The notes under the pieces are model-generated. The model searched no databases. It was not told the DNA's origin and saw only the letters and a program-made list of their open reading frames with translations. Below, piece by piece: positions 33,114 through 45,681 of a stretch of 64,000 bases of DNA. Numbering within the stretch: the first letter of the stretch is position 1; every line of letters begins with the position of its first letter. Location: positions 13,442,242 through 13,506,241 of the forward strand of contig CM082580.2 of assembly GCA_040954595.2 (NCBI GenBank), written 5' to 3'. The translations under genes were made by a program, and so were the position numbers. This DNA comes from Balanoglossus misakiensis. Its lineage: Eukaryota; Animalia; Hemichordata.

Positions 33114-36100
33114 TTAACTAGGCACGTATTTTCCTCTGTGCAACGTCATAATGAAGTGGTCCAGGTAAGCCGCTGCAGATTCGATGGTGTGGGTCAGCCT
33201 GGCCACTTCTCGTCTGACCTGGTTCCAGCGAGAATCTCGCTCTTCCGACGAGACGTTATCGATATCGAAGAGAGCGTCTGTCAGTCCTGGGAAGGCGGCA
33301 CTGGCATACATGTTTTTGCTGCTTGGTGCAAATATCACGTGCCTATAAGGGAATTGCATCGACACAAATAGACACATAACTGAAATACCAACTTCAATCG
33401 AACATTTCCAAGTCAATGTTAGCTGTGGTCAGCTGCGTACCACAGCTAAGTCAATGTATGCGTTCACAGACTAGTTCACACATTGATAACACGCGCCCCC
33501 AACTATGAACATAACTATCCTTACCTGACTAACGGTCTACCTGGTAATCCCAGGGGATCGATAAAGGTACGTTCAAAACCAATAAGTTTGTCGTTTGCGA
33601 TGCGGTAGGCCGTTGGGCTGAATGTAAGATGATGTACATGTACGTTTAAAATCGCTGATGAAATAAACTTCGGCTGTTTAGCATCAACATATCAAACGCA
33701 ACGCGAGTTTCCAAAATTATGTCAAATGGAGATGAGCGACTTTTCCTTTCCAGAGTGATTATTCGCTCGTGTACATAGCATTCCTTTCAAAGAGCAAATT
33801 TGGGACCATAACAGGGGCTACGAAGTCGTATGACAAGAACTTACTCTTTCTTGGCCTCCAAACTATCAATTGCATCGTGAAAGAACATACTAGCAGCAGT
33901 CAGATTATTAATAGCATCGTCTAAGAAATCTGGCATTGAAAAACGGAAAACTGATTAAACCAGTACATGTATGATGATTAATAATGAGATTATAATAAGA
34001 ACGCTGAAATCTGCGAATACACCGACAATAAATTAACTGTGATTTGGAAGTCGTTTGGCAGTTTACCTGTGTTTACATTTTGAGTGGCAAGCCTTTGTCT
34101 ATGCTCGCTCTTGAAATCTTCAAACAGGTCCTTGATTCGTTGTGCATAATCTCGACAGTCCATAGGAACGACGAGTGAGTCGGCGAAATTTCGGATTAAC
34201 TCGGCCCATACTCGGCCCATGGCGGCATGAAACTTGAATTCGGGATCGTAGTACGTCGATACCATGTGGAAAGTTTCGTAGACCGAATGGTACATGGGAT
34301 AACCACGCTATATGAGGGAAAATTGAGTATTTCAGTTAATTGATGTGGAAGTGTTAAGCAAATAATTAGTCTTCCAGTCAAATTTATAAATAGTTTGGTT
34401 TCCGTGCGTCCTGCGCAAGAGATATGCGCCATGCAACCAGTTGTTAAACGGTATACCATCAGTTTTGCATTGAGTTGTCTGTAGTCAATTTAGCCTTAGG
34501 AAGATTGGGAAGGTATCAGCGGACATCAGTGACACTTACCGTCTCACCTTGATATATCATATTAACAGCCGACACACCGACACGAAGCATAAACGGCGCA
34601 TGATCACTCTCGGAACCTAGATCCGAAATGCTGTTGGACGAGGGGATAATTAGATAGAGCATCAGTAACTCGTTGTACTGATTTTTGCCACTAGTCTAGC
34701 GGACACAACATCAATCGAGTAGCCCGACTTTACCTTGGGAGTGAGATTGGAGCATTAGAATTTTGAGGTCTTCTCTCAGACCATATATCGTAGACCGATT
34801 TGCTGCCATCGCTGGAATTTGGATCGGTGACCTGGCCACAGGAGACAGCAGATTAGACAAATATCCACCACGAAGATCATATCCCTATTTTCATGACTTT
34901 AGACAACTTTTGCAATAAATATTCTTTATGGCATACAATAACTATACCGATAATTATAATGCTTACAATCAAATTATTTGATAAGTAATATTTATCAACA
35001 GTGCTGTTCTAAATGGTTGAACTATCAAATTGTTACAGTTTACCTTTTTGGTTGCCTCAAACACAGCTTTAAACAGATGAGGGGTTGAGCTGGCACTGAA
35101 GACATAGTGACCTTGAAATAGTTCAACAAAAATTGTTGTAAAAAGAAATTAATAGACTATTAGCCACCACATGGGTAATTGGTAGTTTGTATACAATTTA
35201 ACATATAGAGATTAAAATCGTTCCATTACTGACCGTTGAGAACACCATCAAGGTTTAGATATACCACGGCCCTGGCAGCAAGACTTTTGGAGAATTCCTG
35301 TAGGGTGTAAAAAAAGACTTTATAAAACAAAAGACGTCTGAAAACCCATGCCTCAACATAATAAGTAATTAAATTGTCTCAGATCAACGGTTTGCAAGAT
35401 CATATGCGTATCCAAATAAAATATTGCAGCCGTATTACATTGTCATTGAACAGGTTATTGATTACTCACTTCAACCCATTCATTGGATCCAAGCATGCCA
35501 AATTCTTCAGCTCCCCAGCTGCAGAAAATGATTGAACGGCGAGGGCGCCAACCTTCTTTGACGAGTTTTCCAAATGCACGTGACACCTCCATCATAACTG
35601 ACGTAGCACTGTTGGGGTCAATGGCACCAAAAACCCAGGCATCGCGATGGTTACCAAGCAGCACGTATTTATCTGTCAACATAAAAGTTTCACATATTTT
35701 GAACAGAATGGAAAAGCCGATCGCTGTGTACAATTCGGGCCCATTAAACCGAACGTGACACGCCCAAATAGATACGCGTAAAACTATTCCACTGACCAAC
35801 GTCGATTGCTCCTTCTATTCCGCCAATTACGTTGTATGTGGTTGCAAGTTGGTTCTCTGTTGTGATGTTCAGACGGACATATCTGAAATTGAGCACAAAA
35901 CAGTTTACCATCTATATAGATATAATGATTGATTGATTGGTTGGTTGGTTGGTTGACTGACTGACTGACTGACTGGTTGGTTGGTTGGTAATAGTTGAGC
36001 AATTAGGCAATTGATATAAAGTGACACAGAACTTACTTTTGGGCATCCTCATCCCTAAAGCCCGGTCCGTATCGGTACGTAATATTTAATTCCCCCTTCC

Positions 36101-38387
36101 AGTCATCGCTTTCGACTTCTTCGCCGCCCATTCGACTGGAAAAAGATTTGACAATTTGGCATTATATACCACAACAAAACACAACACAACACAAGTTTCA
36201 AAAAGCGATAATTACTTACATTCCTCCCTGCTTTTACCTGAGAAATTTTTCAGCGTCATCGTATCCGATAGGATGCACGGGAATTCTGGGTAACGAAGCC
36301 TCGCTTTGGTCTATTCTATACGCGTAGTCTGAAAAAGACAAACATATATACAGGTACTACCACGTGTGGAGTGACCGTGGTACTACCCTTGAATTCGTAT
36401 CTAAAGATTTCAGTATCACCTATTTAGTTATGTCTATGCTTTTACCCCTAGAAGGATATCCGGGAGTTAGCGGGTCCATCATATCTTTGAACAAAGTCCC
36501 TCGCTGGACACCGGTGCCAGGAAGATAAATTCCGTTTGGGTATCTCTGGTGTTCGGAGCCTTTCGGTGCCACATCAGCAGGGTCTGAATATAAGATCAAC
36601 CCCTTGGCGCCTACTTTCATGGCATTAACGGCCTAAGAACAATCAAAAGCTGCATTAGACATGGTTTAAACAAACTCAATGTTTCTTTGATACGATACGC
36701 TACGATACGATACGCATGGAAGTTTACCTTGTCACCGCGAAAAATTTTGCCATAGCGAGCAATAATAATCCTATTTGTCAGGTTGATATTTTTCTCTGTC
36801 TCCAGGTGAACGAAGTCTTCTACTGTGGCATAATTTGCATACACCAAATCGCCCTGCAATATGAAAGTAACAGTATAAATTCATAATTGTGCTTCTTGTG
36901 GAGATTGGTTGACATTATACGTTGCCTCTATACCTGTACATGGAATCCACTGTTTACTTATTATAGGTAAACATGTAACAATACTTTTTTGAGAAGGAAC
37001 ATTATATCCAGTTCATAAGACTACGCGACATACTAGTACCTCTTCGACACCAGCTGCCGAATACGCGTTGAATGGTGGTACAATGTCGTCTCGCTCCTGA
37101 GATTCATCCAATATGGCTTCCTCTCGCGCCGATTCAAGTTCAACATCTCCGTCAGCGTTGACCAGTTCGACCTCGACAATGCAACAAGACAAAAATCAGC
37201 ATTTGTGGTACCAGATTTGCATAATTCCATGCCCATGGCATGCAAATTGTATTATAATAAGGGAGAGCCTCTCTCTGAAACGCGGCTTTGAGACGAGAGA
37301 TATTTGCAAAAAAATCAAATTTACAACCTACATCATATATTTTGTGTTTACTTACCCTATTCTCCTTACCCTTTGGATAAGACAACAGCACTTTGTAAGG
37401 CACAACATCGGCGTTGTCCAGCCCCTGTGCCAGCCACTGATCTCGCACGTATTCTGCTTGCACCAAATCCATAGGCGTTCCCGCTAAATGTGGTTCACTG
37501 GTGAAATATCTTGACCATGAACAGGAATATAATTCTTATTTAATTGCAACACAAAATTTGTACCAATGCAATAGCTGTTTTTATTGTTGGTGATAAAGTC
37601 TCTCTAGGCACCCTTTGTAACAAGTACGAGAACTAAAGACGTGTATAACGTCGTTGATGTACACCTGTGCCTGAAATTTATCTTCAGACTTTTAGCAAGT
37701 AAAATATGACAACTTAGACTTTTTGTGCTTACTACATTTTTGGTAAGTACACAAACTAATGTTTTCTGGCAAGCAAACGATCCGAAATTCTTTTCATTGT
37801 TTCATGCTATTTTTAAGCAAGGTCGCAACGCAAACTTATCTGCTTAATAACTATTCATCAAACCCTTATAAAGAATAGAGCTGTCACTTTTATGCGGTAA
37901 ACACATCATATCGGCGCCGTTCGAAGTCCGATTGGAAACTCAGTCCAGGCTCTAGATAGAGTTCGTTGTTTGTGACCAATCGTAGCAGCCTCGCAGTGGG
38001 GAGAACCTCTCTCAACACACGACGAGTTCCATAGTAAAGAAATGCCTTCGAACTTTTTTGTCAGCATGATATAATTATAAAGTCGAAACAAAACGAGTTT
38101 CTGGTATCCGCATAAACGCCACGGATTTGTATATGGAGAATAAAATAATACAATCTGAAGATAATTTGCAGCTTTTACCTCAAATGCTCTTTGATGTTGT
38201 CTTCCTTAATTTCTTTCATCAGTTTGTCCGAAATCGATGGATCTGCAGTCTGTAGTGCGTTGTCTGACGCTGCCGATTTGTTGTCAGTGTGTATGCCGAA
38301 CGCGCCGATTAGAATTCCGATTGTGAATCCTGCAAGCAGTGCGACGAAGCCGACAATTACAAGAGTCTGTCTCGTTTTCTGTGCCAT
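33114..38387 (-). CDS. Glutamate carboxypeptidase II / NAALADase-family (M28B) type II membrane metallopeptidase
   Basis: Multi-exon gene. Exon 1 (38387-38179) holds the TM anchor and exon 2 (from 37509) reads [14 protein letters not shown] domain: [34 protein letters not shown]. Zinc and catalytic motifs: [34 protein letters not shown]-terminal dimerisation domain: [34 protein letters not shown]. Confidence 0.93.
35927..35989. repeat. Compound tetranucleotide microsatellite (GATT/GGTT/GACT)n
   Basis: Read directly in a GCPII intron. Confidence 0.85.
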
Positions 38388-41300
38388 TGTGGAGTTCTTG
38401 AGGTTAGAGACTCAGTTCAGGTCCGCTCTGTTGGACCACTGAACCGGGGTGACGAATGCACGTCGGGGAAGAAGGCAATGCCTTTCGTATAGGGGTGGGC
38501 GTGGAGACGCATTATACTTGATATCGTAGTGTTTTGGTAAATATTGACACGAAGCTTGAACGTTTGCGCCATGTCACAGTAGCAGCTCGAAGTGTCATTC
38601 AACATATAAAAGCGAGACATACCGGTAACCAGGCAAGAACTAAATATTTGTGTTTTGAAAAAAAATCTAGCAATAAATTATTTATCACAATCGCTTTTTT
38701 TGCATATTAAATTCATGTTTATTTTCGGAACATCTGAAACAATAAAAAGGGGTAAAAACCATTTCAACCAAGACCACGTCTTGACTTCAGAATAAATAAT
38801 AGAACAACGAAACTTCTGAAATATAATTTATAGATAAAATCGGATCTAGAGTAAAATACTTTATGTGTCAACATCATTGGGAACGGATTGAATATAAACC
38901 AGATGGGTAGCAATACGCGACAAGGTGAATATATATTATTCATAAATATACCATCAAGTAAAGACTATTTCACCAAGGTATAATTCCTGTACTAATATCA
39001 ATATCTTTTTTGTCTAATTGTGTGTTATCAAGTTAATCTTGAACGGAACCAGATTGGTGTCGCCGACCACTGTCTTATCCTTATATAAGCCCTAGTGGAA
39101 TTCATCCCTGCCATTAGTCGTGACCAACGCGAGTTGTAAAAAATCACCAATCAGTGATCAAAATAAAACAGGTTGATCATGTGATTATCTCTTCCTTTAA
39201 CTTGATTTCAACACATCGCCTATTCCGGTGTACATCTGCGCTGGGGCGTCAATGTAGCCTTGTTTGCCGTTCGCCTGGCCGTCGGAGGGCGTCTTCTTTC
39301 TGCTTGGCAATGTCACTATCACTACGAGACACAGCACGTGTCCGATGAAATACACTGACCTGGCACAAGATGGAAGACGGAGGAGAGAAAACGTAAAGTT
39401 GAGATGGCGTTCGTGGTTATGAATAACATGAATTGGTACTTCAGACCACAGGTGCCTTCAGTTGCCGAACGCAAGTATTCTGCAGCTGAGGTCGATCGAT
39501 ATCTTCAGGCACCTGTGCATTGAACCCCCACGAAAAATGCAAATTAAATCTGGTGGCAAAAGCAACTTGACAACAGCCACAATATGTCAACTGCGACAAT
39601 ATTATTGCTCAAATACTTACCTATAGAAACTGATAATATGATCCCCGCGTAACAGTATAAATGGCAGTGCCGTATAAGCTAACATGATATGGGTGCTTAA
39701 CCAGGTCATTACGTCATAACCTTGTTTGATATGAGGTGACTTGAGAAAGTATGGTCGTATAAAATGCCGAATCTGGATGAAGAAAAAAAATACAAACATA
39801 TGACCTTTGGAAATCAGCATAAAGATATACACTTGATGATATTAGAATATTATCATCTGTTCCAACAACAAAGTGTGTGGCGTACCTTTTTCGCGGCTTC
39901 CAGTACAAGTGGACCAGACAGGAAAGTCCAAAAGTAACCCGGATAAAAACCGTGCCACACGGAAGACAGAAGAAACGTCAACACTGTTCGCAGTCTGGAC
40001 TTCACTCGGTCGTAACACACGTAACGTAACCACAGCGTAGTCAGTATATTCCAGTTATCAACGACGCCTTTACCATTTGTGGCTAACTGTTAGAAGAAAA
40101 CATTTTATAAACTGTTCAGCTTCAACCGAAAATTCATCTATTTCATTCTGAAATTTGCGACATGCAGTTCACGAGCAAAAATAGGCTAGGCGCGCACACA
40201 TACGCTGATTCAATTTCGAAGTAGTAGTCGACTTACCAAAAAACTTATAAGATCTATATTGGAGACTAAATTCCATCTGGGCTTTCCCTTGTCATTATAG
40301 CCATTGAATCCAAGACCTGATATGTTGCATACCGCATCAGCTGGTGGATACAAAAAGAATGGTTTGGGTTTGACTACAAATCCAAGCCAACGAAATTTCG
40401 TTACACGGGCTAGGCAGATTTAAGATTACTTAATTACGTTGCCAATTAGAAACCTACCCCATATCCATACATAAAAATACTTAGTCTGCACGATGAGAAC
40501 CGTTAACCACAAGTACACAGCTCTGACGAGGATCGAGGAATTGACGACGTCTTCATCTGAGAAAGAGATTATAAACCGAACATTACGAAAGACCGTGACT
40601 GGATGGAATATAACTCATAAAATTTATCAAATAAATATCGTATCGTAAATCACATTCCGAATTTTATTAAAGCCTAGTCGAAGAAGGGGACATGTATTCA
40701 CCCCAGCAACAGCGAACTTACCTATATTACTATGAATTGGAAAATGGTGTTCTAGGGTCAGATAAACAACGGCCATCAATGACCCTAGGAACAATTTCAC
40801 CAAGGCAGTTTTCTGAAGCGATAAGAGAACAGCATTAAATTGGTACTCAAATGATCCGCGCATTTTCTGTTTGTTTATAACATTATTAGTAGCATATTCG
40901 GCAGTTACAGACAAGTAACAGATTGTTCACTAGACCTCCCTTGTTTTGTTGTGTGTTTTTTATTTCAGTGTTAATTTTGAAAAGCTCCGTTTCAAACCAA
41001 AAACACCACTCACCAGAACTGGAGGATCATGGTACTGTCTCGTCTCTTCCCGGCTGTCATTGTTGGCTGTGGGAGAAGGTAACGGCTTCCCTTCTATGAA
41101 CTCGATATACGGTTTATAAAAACAGAAAGGCCCCACGGCAAGGCCTTGGAAATAGAACAAATAACTGCAGTACTCCAACACTGAGGGCAGCTTACTGTAC
41201 AGGTGGAATACAGAAACAAAGCACCGTTAGAATTTGTGTCTGTTTTAAAGCTATCGTAAAGAATAACGATAAATTTAGATGGTGATTTAATGATGAACAC

Positions 41301-41820
41301 ATATTGCCTGGCTATGAGGGCGATGCCACTCAGTTATTACCCCCGAGGGGCTGTGGAGTTACCAGCATGTATGCCATTTCCCGAGGCCAACATTTAGCAA
41401 CAACTACGTCTCCATGACAACACATCTTCTTACCTGTACGCCAGTTCTTTCTTTCTTTTGTTCCAATATTTGTCTGCTTTTGTTAGACCTGGAAGTGAAG
41501 TAAAAAGCAATTTCCGATCACACTGTTGCAAGGTCGTCTGTCGAGAATTTCAAGCAATTCCAAGGTCATCTGATTAAACGACAGATCCAGCTGTTGCTTT
41601 CTAGCGGTGACATTTGCATTTGTAAATATGTGAAATATTGCACCAACATTTTGGTGGGAAAAACAGTAGTGTTCAAAAGAGTTAAGCTGATAGCAGACAA
41701 AAACTCGAGATCAAATGAAAGGTGACCACTTTCTCATATAATATTTAATGTAACGTTCTACGACTCACCATCACGTAAACTAAACGCTAAACTTGATAAT
41801 TTTTGAGCATAACCTAAAAC

Positions 41821-43489
41821 GAAGGAAACCGAAGGAAACCGAAGGACACTGATTTTTCCATATTTTAGTGCGAAGGACACGGTTTTCTGTATGCTAGAGG
41901 CCGAAGGACTGGTTTAGCTTCGAATTAAACGCCGAAGGACGGGTGTAGCTCCGTAATTTTGGCCGAAGGAAAGCGAAGGACACTGATTTATCCGTATTTT
42001 AGTGCGAAGGACGTGGTTTTCTCTATGCTGGGGGCCGAAGGACTGGTTTAGTTCGGTAATTAAAGCTTAAGGACGGGTGTAGCTCCGTAATTTTGGCCGA
42101 AGGAAACCGAAGGACACTGATTTTTCCATATTTTAGTGCGAAGGACACGGTTTTCTGTATGCTAGAGGCCGAAGGACTGGTTTAGCTTCGAATTAAACGC
42201 CGAAGGACGGGTGTAGCTCCGTAATTTTGGCCGAAGGAAAGCGAAGGACACTGATTTATCCGTATTTTAGTGCGAAGGACGTGGTTTTCTCTATGCTGGG
42301 GGCCGAAGGACTGGTTTAGTTCGGTAATTAAAGCTTAAGGACGGGTGTAGCTCCGTAATTTTGACCGAAGGAAAGCGAAGGACACTGATTTATCCGTATT
42401 TTAGTGCGAAGGACGTGGTTTTCTCTATGCTGGGGGCCGAAGGACTGGTTTAGTTCGGTAATTAAAGCTTAAGGACGGGTGTAGCTCCGTAATTTTGGCC
42501 GAAGGAAACCGAAGGACACTGATTTTTCCATATTTTAGTGCGAAGGACACGGTTTTCTGTATGCTAGAGGCCGAAGGACTGGTTTAGCTTCGAATTAAAC
42601 GCCGAAGGACGGGTGTAGCTCCGTAATTTTGGCCGAAGGAAAGCGAAGGACACTGATTTATCCGTATTTTAGTGCGAAGGACGTGGTTTTCTCTATGCTG
42701 GGGGCCGAAGGACTGGTTTAGTTCGGTAATTAAAGCTTAAGGACGGGTGTAGCTCCGTAATTTTGGCCGAAGGAAAGCGAAGGACACTGATTTATCCGTA
42801 TTTTAGTGCGAAGGACGTGGTTTTCTCTATGCTGGGGGCCGAAGGACTGGTTTAGTTCGGTAATTAAAGCTTAAGGACGGGTGTAGCTCCGTAATTTTGG
42901 CCGAAGGAAAGCGAAGGACACTGATTTATCCGTATTTTAGTGCGAAGGACGTGGTTTTCTCTATGCTGGGGGCCGAAGGACTGGTTTAGTTCGGTAATTA
43001 AAGCTTAAGGACGGGTGTAGCTCCGTAATTTTGACCGAAGGAAAGCGAAGGACACTGATTTATCCGTATTTTAGTGCGAAGGACGTGGTTTTCTCTATGC
43101 TGGGGGCCGAAGGACTGGTTTAGTTCGGTAATTAAAGCTTAAGGACGGGTGTAGCTCCGTAATTTTGGCCGAAGGAAAGCGAAGGACACTGATTTATCCG
43201 TATTTTAGTGCGAAGGACGTGGTTTTCTCTATGCTGGGGGCCGAAGGACTGGTTTAGTTCGGTAATTAAAGCCAAAGGACGGGTGTAGCTCCGTAATTTT
43301 GGCCGAAGGAAAGCGAAGGACGCTGATTTATCCGTATTGTAGTGCGAAGTACACGGTTTTCTGTATGCTGGAGGCCAAGGGATTGGTTTAGCTTCGAATT
43401 AAACGCCGAAGGACGGATGTAGCTCCGTAATTTAGGCCGAAGGAAAGCGAAGGACGCTCATATCTCCATATTTTAGGGTGAAGGGAAGC
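41821..43489 (+). repeat. Left arm tandem array: 12 full 134-bp units plus a partial unit; each unit is four 31-bp subrepeats plus a 10-bp GAAGGAAA(G/C)C
   Basis: Unit starts at 41841, 41975, 42109, 42243 ... 43315, 43449 (period 134). Confidence 0.95.
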
Positions 43490-44281
43490 CAGTAAGGTGC
43501 GGAATTGCGTTTTATCGTTTTTAGAAAGTTTAGCTACAAGTGTAGAAAGCTAAATTAGCTGTAGCTAAATAGTTCTAAACTATCTAAGTTTTAAGGATAA
43601 TTATCACTACGATAATTATCGCTTTCTAAATATCGTTCTAAATTTATAAATTAGCCACAGTTTAGAAAGCCCCCCCCCCCCCGACTAAAATTTTCTGCCG
43701 ACGATATAAGTGCTGTATTTCCATTCCAATATTTGCGGAATTTTCATGTATGATTTCAATTGGTGCATTTCAATTTCAATATTTGCGGACGGGAGAATGT
43801 TGGGAATCGTTTATTGCCCAAATCAAGCCTTATCTCAAAACTCCTCTCAGTTTATTGAGATATGGGCTTCGTTTGTATGACACCATTGTTGTGCAACGAC
43901 TGAAGTCTCAGGTTAATCAATGTCTTAACACCATTGTTCTACCATTATGAGGTGTTGTAAAATGTCAGAGTTAGAACTTCGACTATATATACTGTTAAAA
44001 TAAAACAAAGATCACATTTGACTTCCCACCGAAGTACTGGCCATCCCGTCTCTCTCTTCATTCCAAGCCTACTTCCAAAGTGTACGCCGTACATTTGTAA
44101 ACGCCCAAGTAGTCCAACTTTCTAAACTGCTGCTAGTTTAGAAAGTTTAGAACGATATTTAGAAAGTGATAATTATCTTGAAAAAAGCCGTGTTTATCAT
44201 TATTAGCTAAATTAGCTTCCTTAGACAATACATGTAGTTTAGAAATGCCCCTTCAATAAGACACAATTCCGCACCTAACTC
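43490..44281. mobile_element. Nested ~790-bp terminal-inverted-repeat (TIR) element (hAT-like MITE) inside the Foldback left arm
   Basis: Imperfect 27-bp TIRs: agtaaggtgcggaattgcgttttatcg (43491-43517) versus 44254-44280. Flanks agggaagc/aggaaagc fit an 8-bp TSD with one mismatch. The host repeat resumes at 44282. Confidence 0.7.
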
Positions 44282-44678
44282 AGGAAAGCGAAGGACAGTG
44301 ATTCTCCATATTTTAGGGAGAAGGACATTAGTATCCATCTCTCTGTATCTCGGAACTAGGATATCAATAGTGTGATCTTGTGTTGAGATCGTTTTTTGTC
44401 AGTTGTTTTTCATTTCCAGTTCATGGAACGTAATGTCGGCTATTCCCGGTGAAGCATTTTAGCCCACGGTACAACTGCATGTTTGCTTGTAGAATTTGTT
44501 GTTTAATTCAAAAGTATTGTTACGTAGAATTAGTGATAGCATTTCTATGAGGTATGTTTGTTTAGATTTGTTTCGTGTAAACATGACACTCTACTTAAGA
44601 TCTCGACATTGATATCAGTAACTCTGGTCAGACGTGTACTAGCTGACGCCAAGTCTCTGATAATCGTGAGAGAATCGT

Positions 44679-45681
44679 GTCCTTCGCCCTAAAATATGGA
44701 AATATGACTGTCCTTCCTTTTCCTTCGCCCTAAAAAAATGGAAATATGACTGTCCTTCGCTTTCCTTCGCCCTAAATTACTGAGCTACACCTGTCCTTCG
44801 GCCACCAGCATACAGAAAACCACGTCCTTCGCACTAAAATAGGGATAAATCAGCGTCCTTCGGTTTCCTTCGCCCTAAATTACTGAGCTACACCTGTCCT
44901 TCGGCCACCAGCATACAGAAAACCACGTCCTTCGCACTAAAATACGGATAAATCAGCGTCCTTCGGTTTCCTTCGGCAAAAATTACGGAGCTACACCCGT
45001 CCTTTGGCTTTAATTACTGAGCTAAACCTGTCCTTCGGCCTCTAGCATACAGAAAACCACGTCCTTCGCACTAAAATAGGGATAAATCAGCGTCCTTCGG
45101 TTTCCTTCGGCCAAAATTACGGAGCTACACCCGTCCTTAAGCTTTAATTACCGAACTAAACCAGTCCTTCGGCCCCCAGCATAGAGAAAACCACGTCCTT
45201 CGCCCTAAAATGTGGAGATATGAGCGTCCTTCGCTTTCCTTCGGCCTAAATTACGGAGCTACATCCGTCCTTCGGCGTTTAATTCGAAGCTAAACCAATC
45301 CCTTGGCCTCCAGCATACAGAAAACCGTGTCCTTCGCACTAAAATATGGAAAAATCAGTGTCCTTCGCTTTCCTTCGGCCAAAATTACGGAGCTGAACCC
45401 GTCCTGCGGCTTTAATTACCGAACTAAACCTGTCCTTCGGCCACCAGCATAATTAATTACCGAACTAAACCTATCCTTCGGCCACCAGCATAGAGAAAAC
45501 CTTTTCCTTCGCACTTAAATATGGATAAATCAGCGTCCTTCGCTTTCCTTCGGCGTTTAATTCGAAGCTAAACCAGTCCTTCGGCCACCAGCATAGAGAA
45601 AACCTTTTCCTTCGCACTAAACTATGGAAAAAACAGTGTCCTTCAGTTTCCTTCGCTTTCCTTCGGTTTCCTTCGTTTTAG
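44679..45681 (-). repeat. Right arm tandem array, an inverted copy of the 31-bp/134-bp repeat with a more irregular unit order
   Basis: Repeated gtccttcg/ttccttcg blocks that are reverse complements of the left-arm subrepeats. Confidence 0.93.

Noticed and set aside
41821-45681. CRISPR-like appearance (constant GAAGGAC core with variable ~24-nt 'spacers')
   Set aside because: The 'spacers' recur with a 134-bp period, the core is only 7-8 bp, the array is mirrored as inverted arms with a TSD, the context is eukaryotic, and there are no cas genes.
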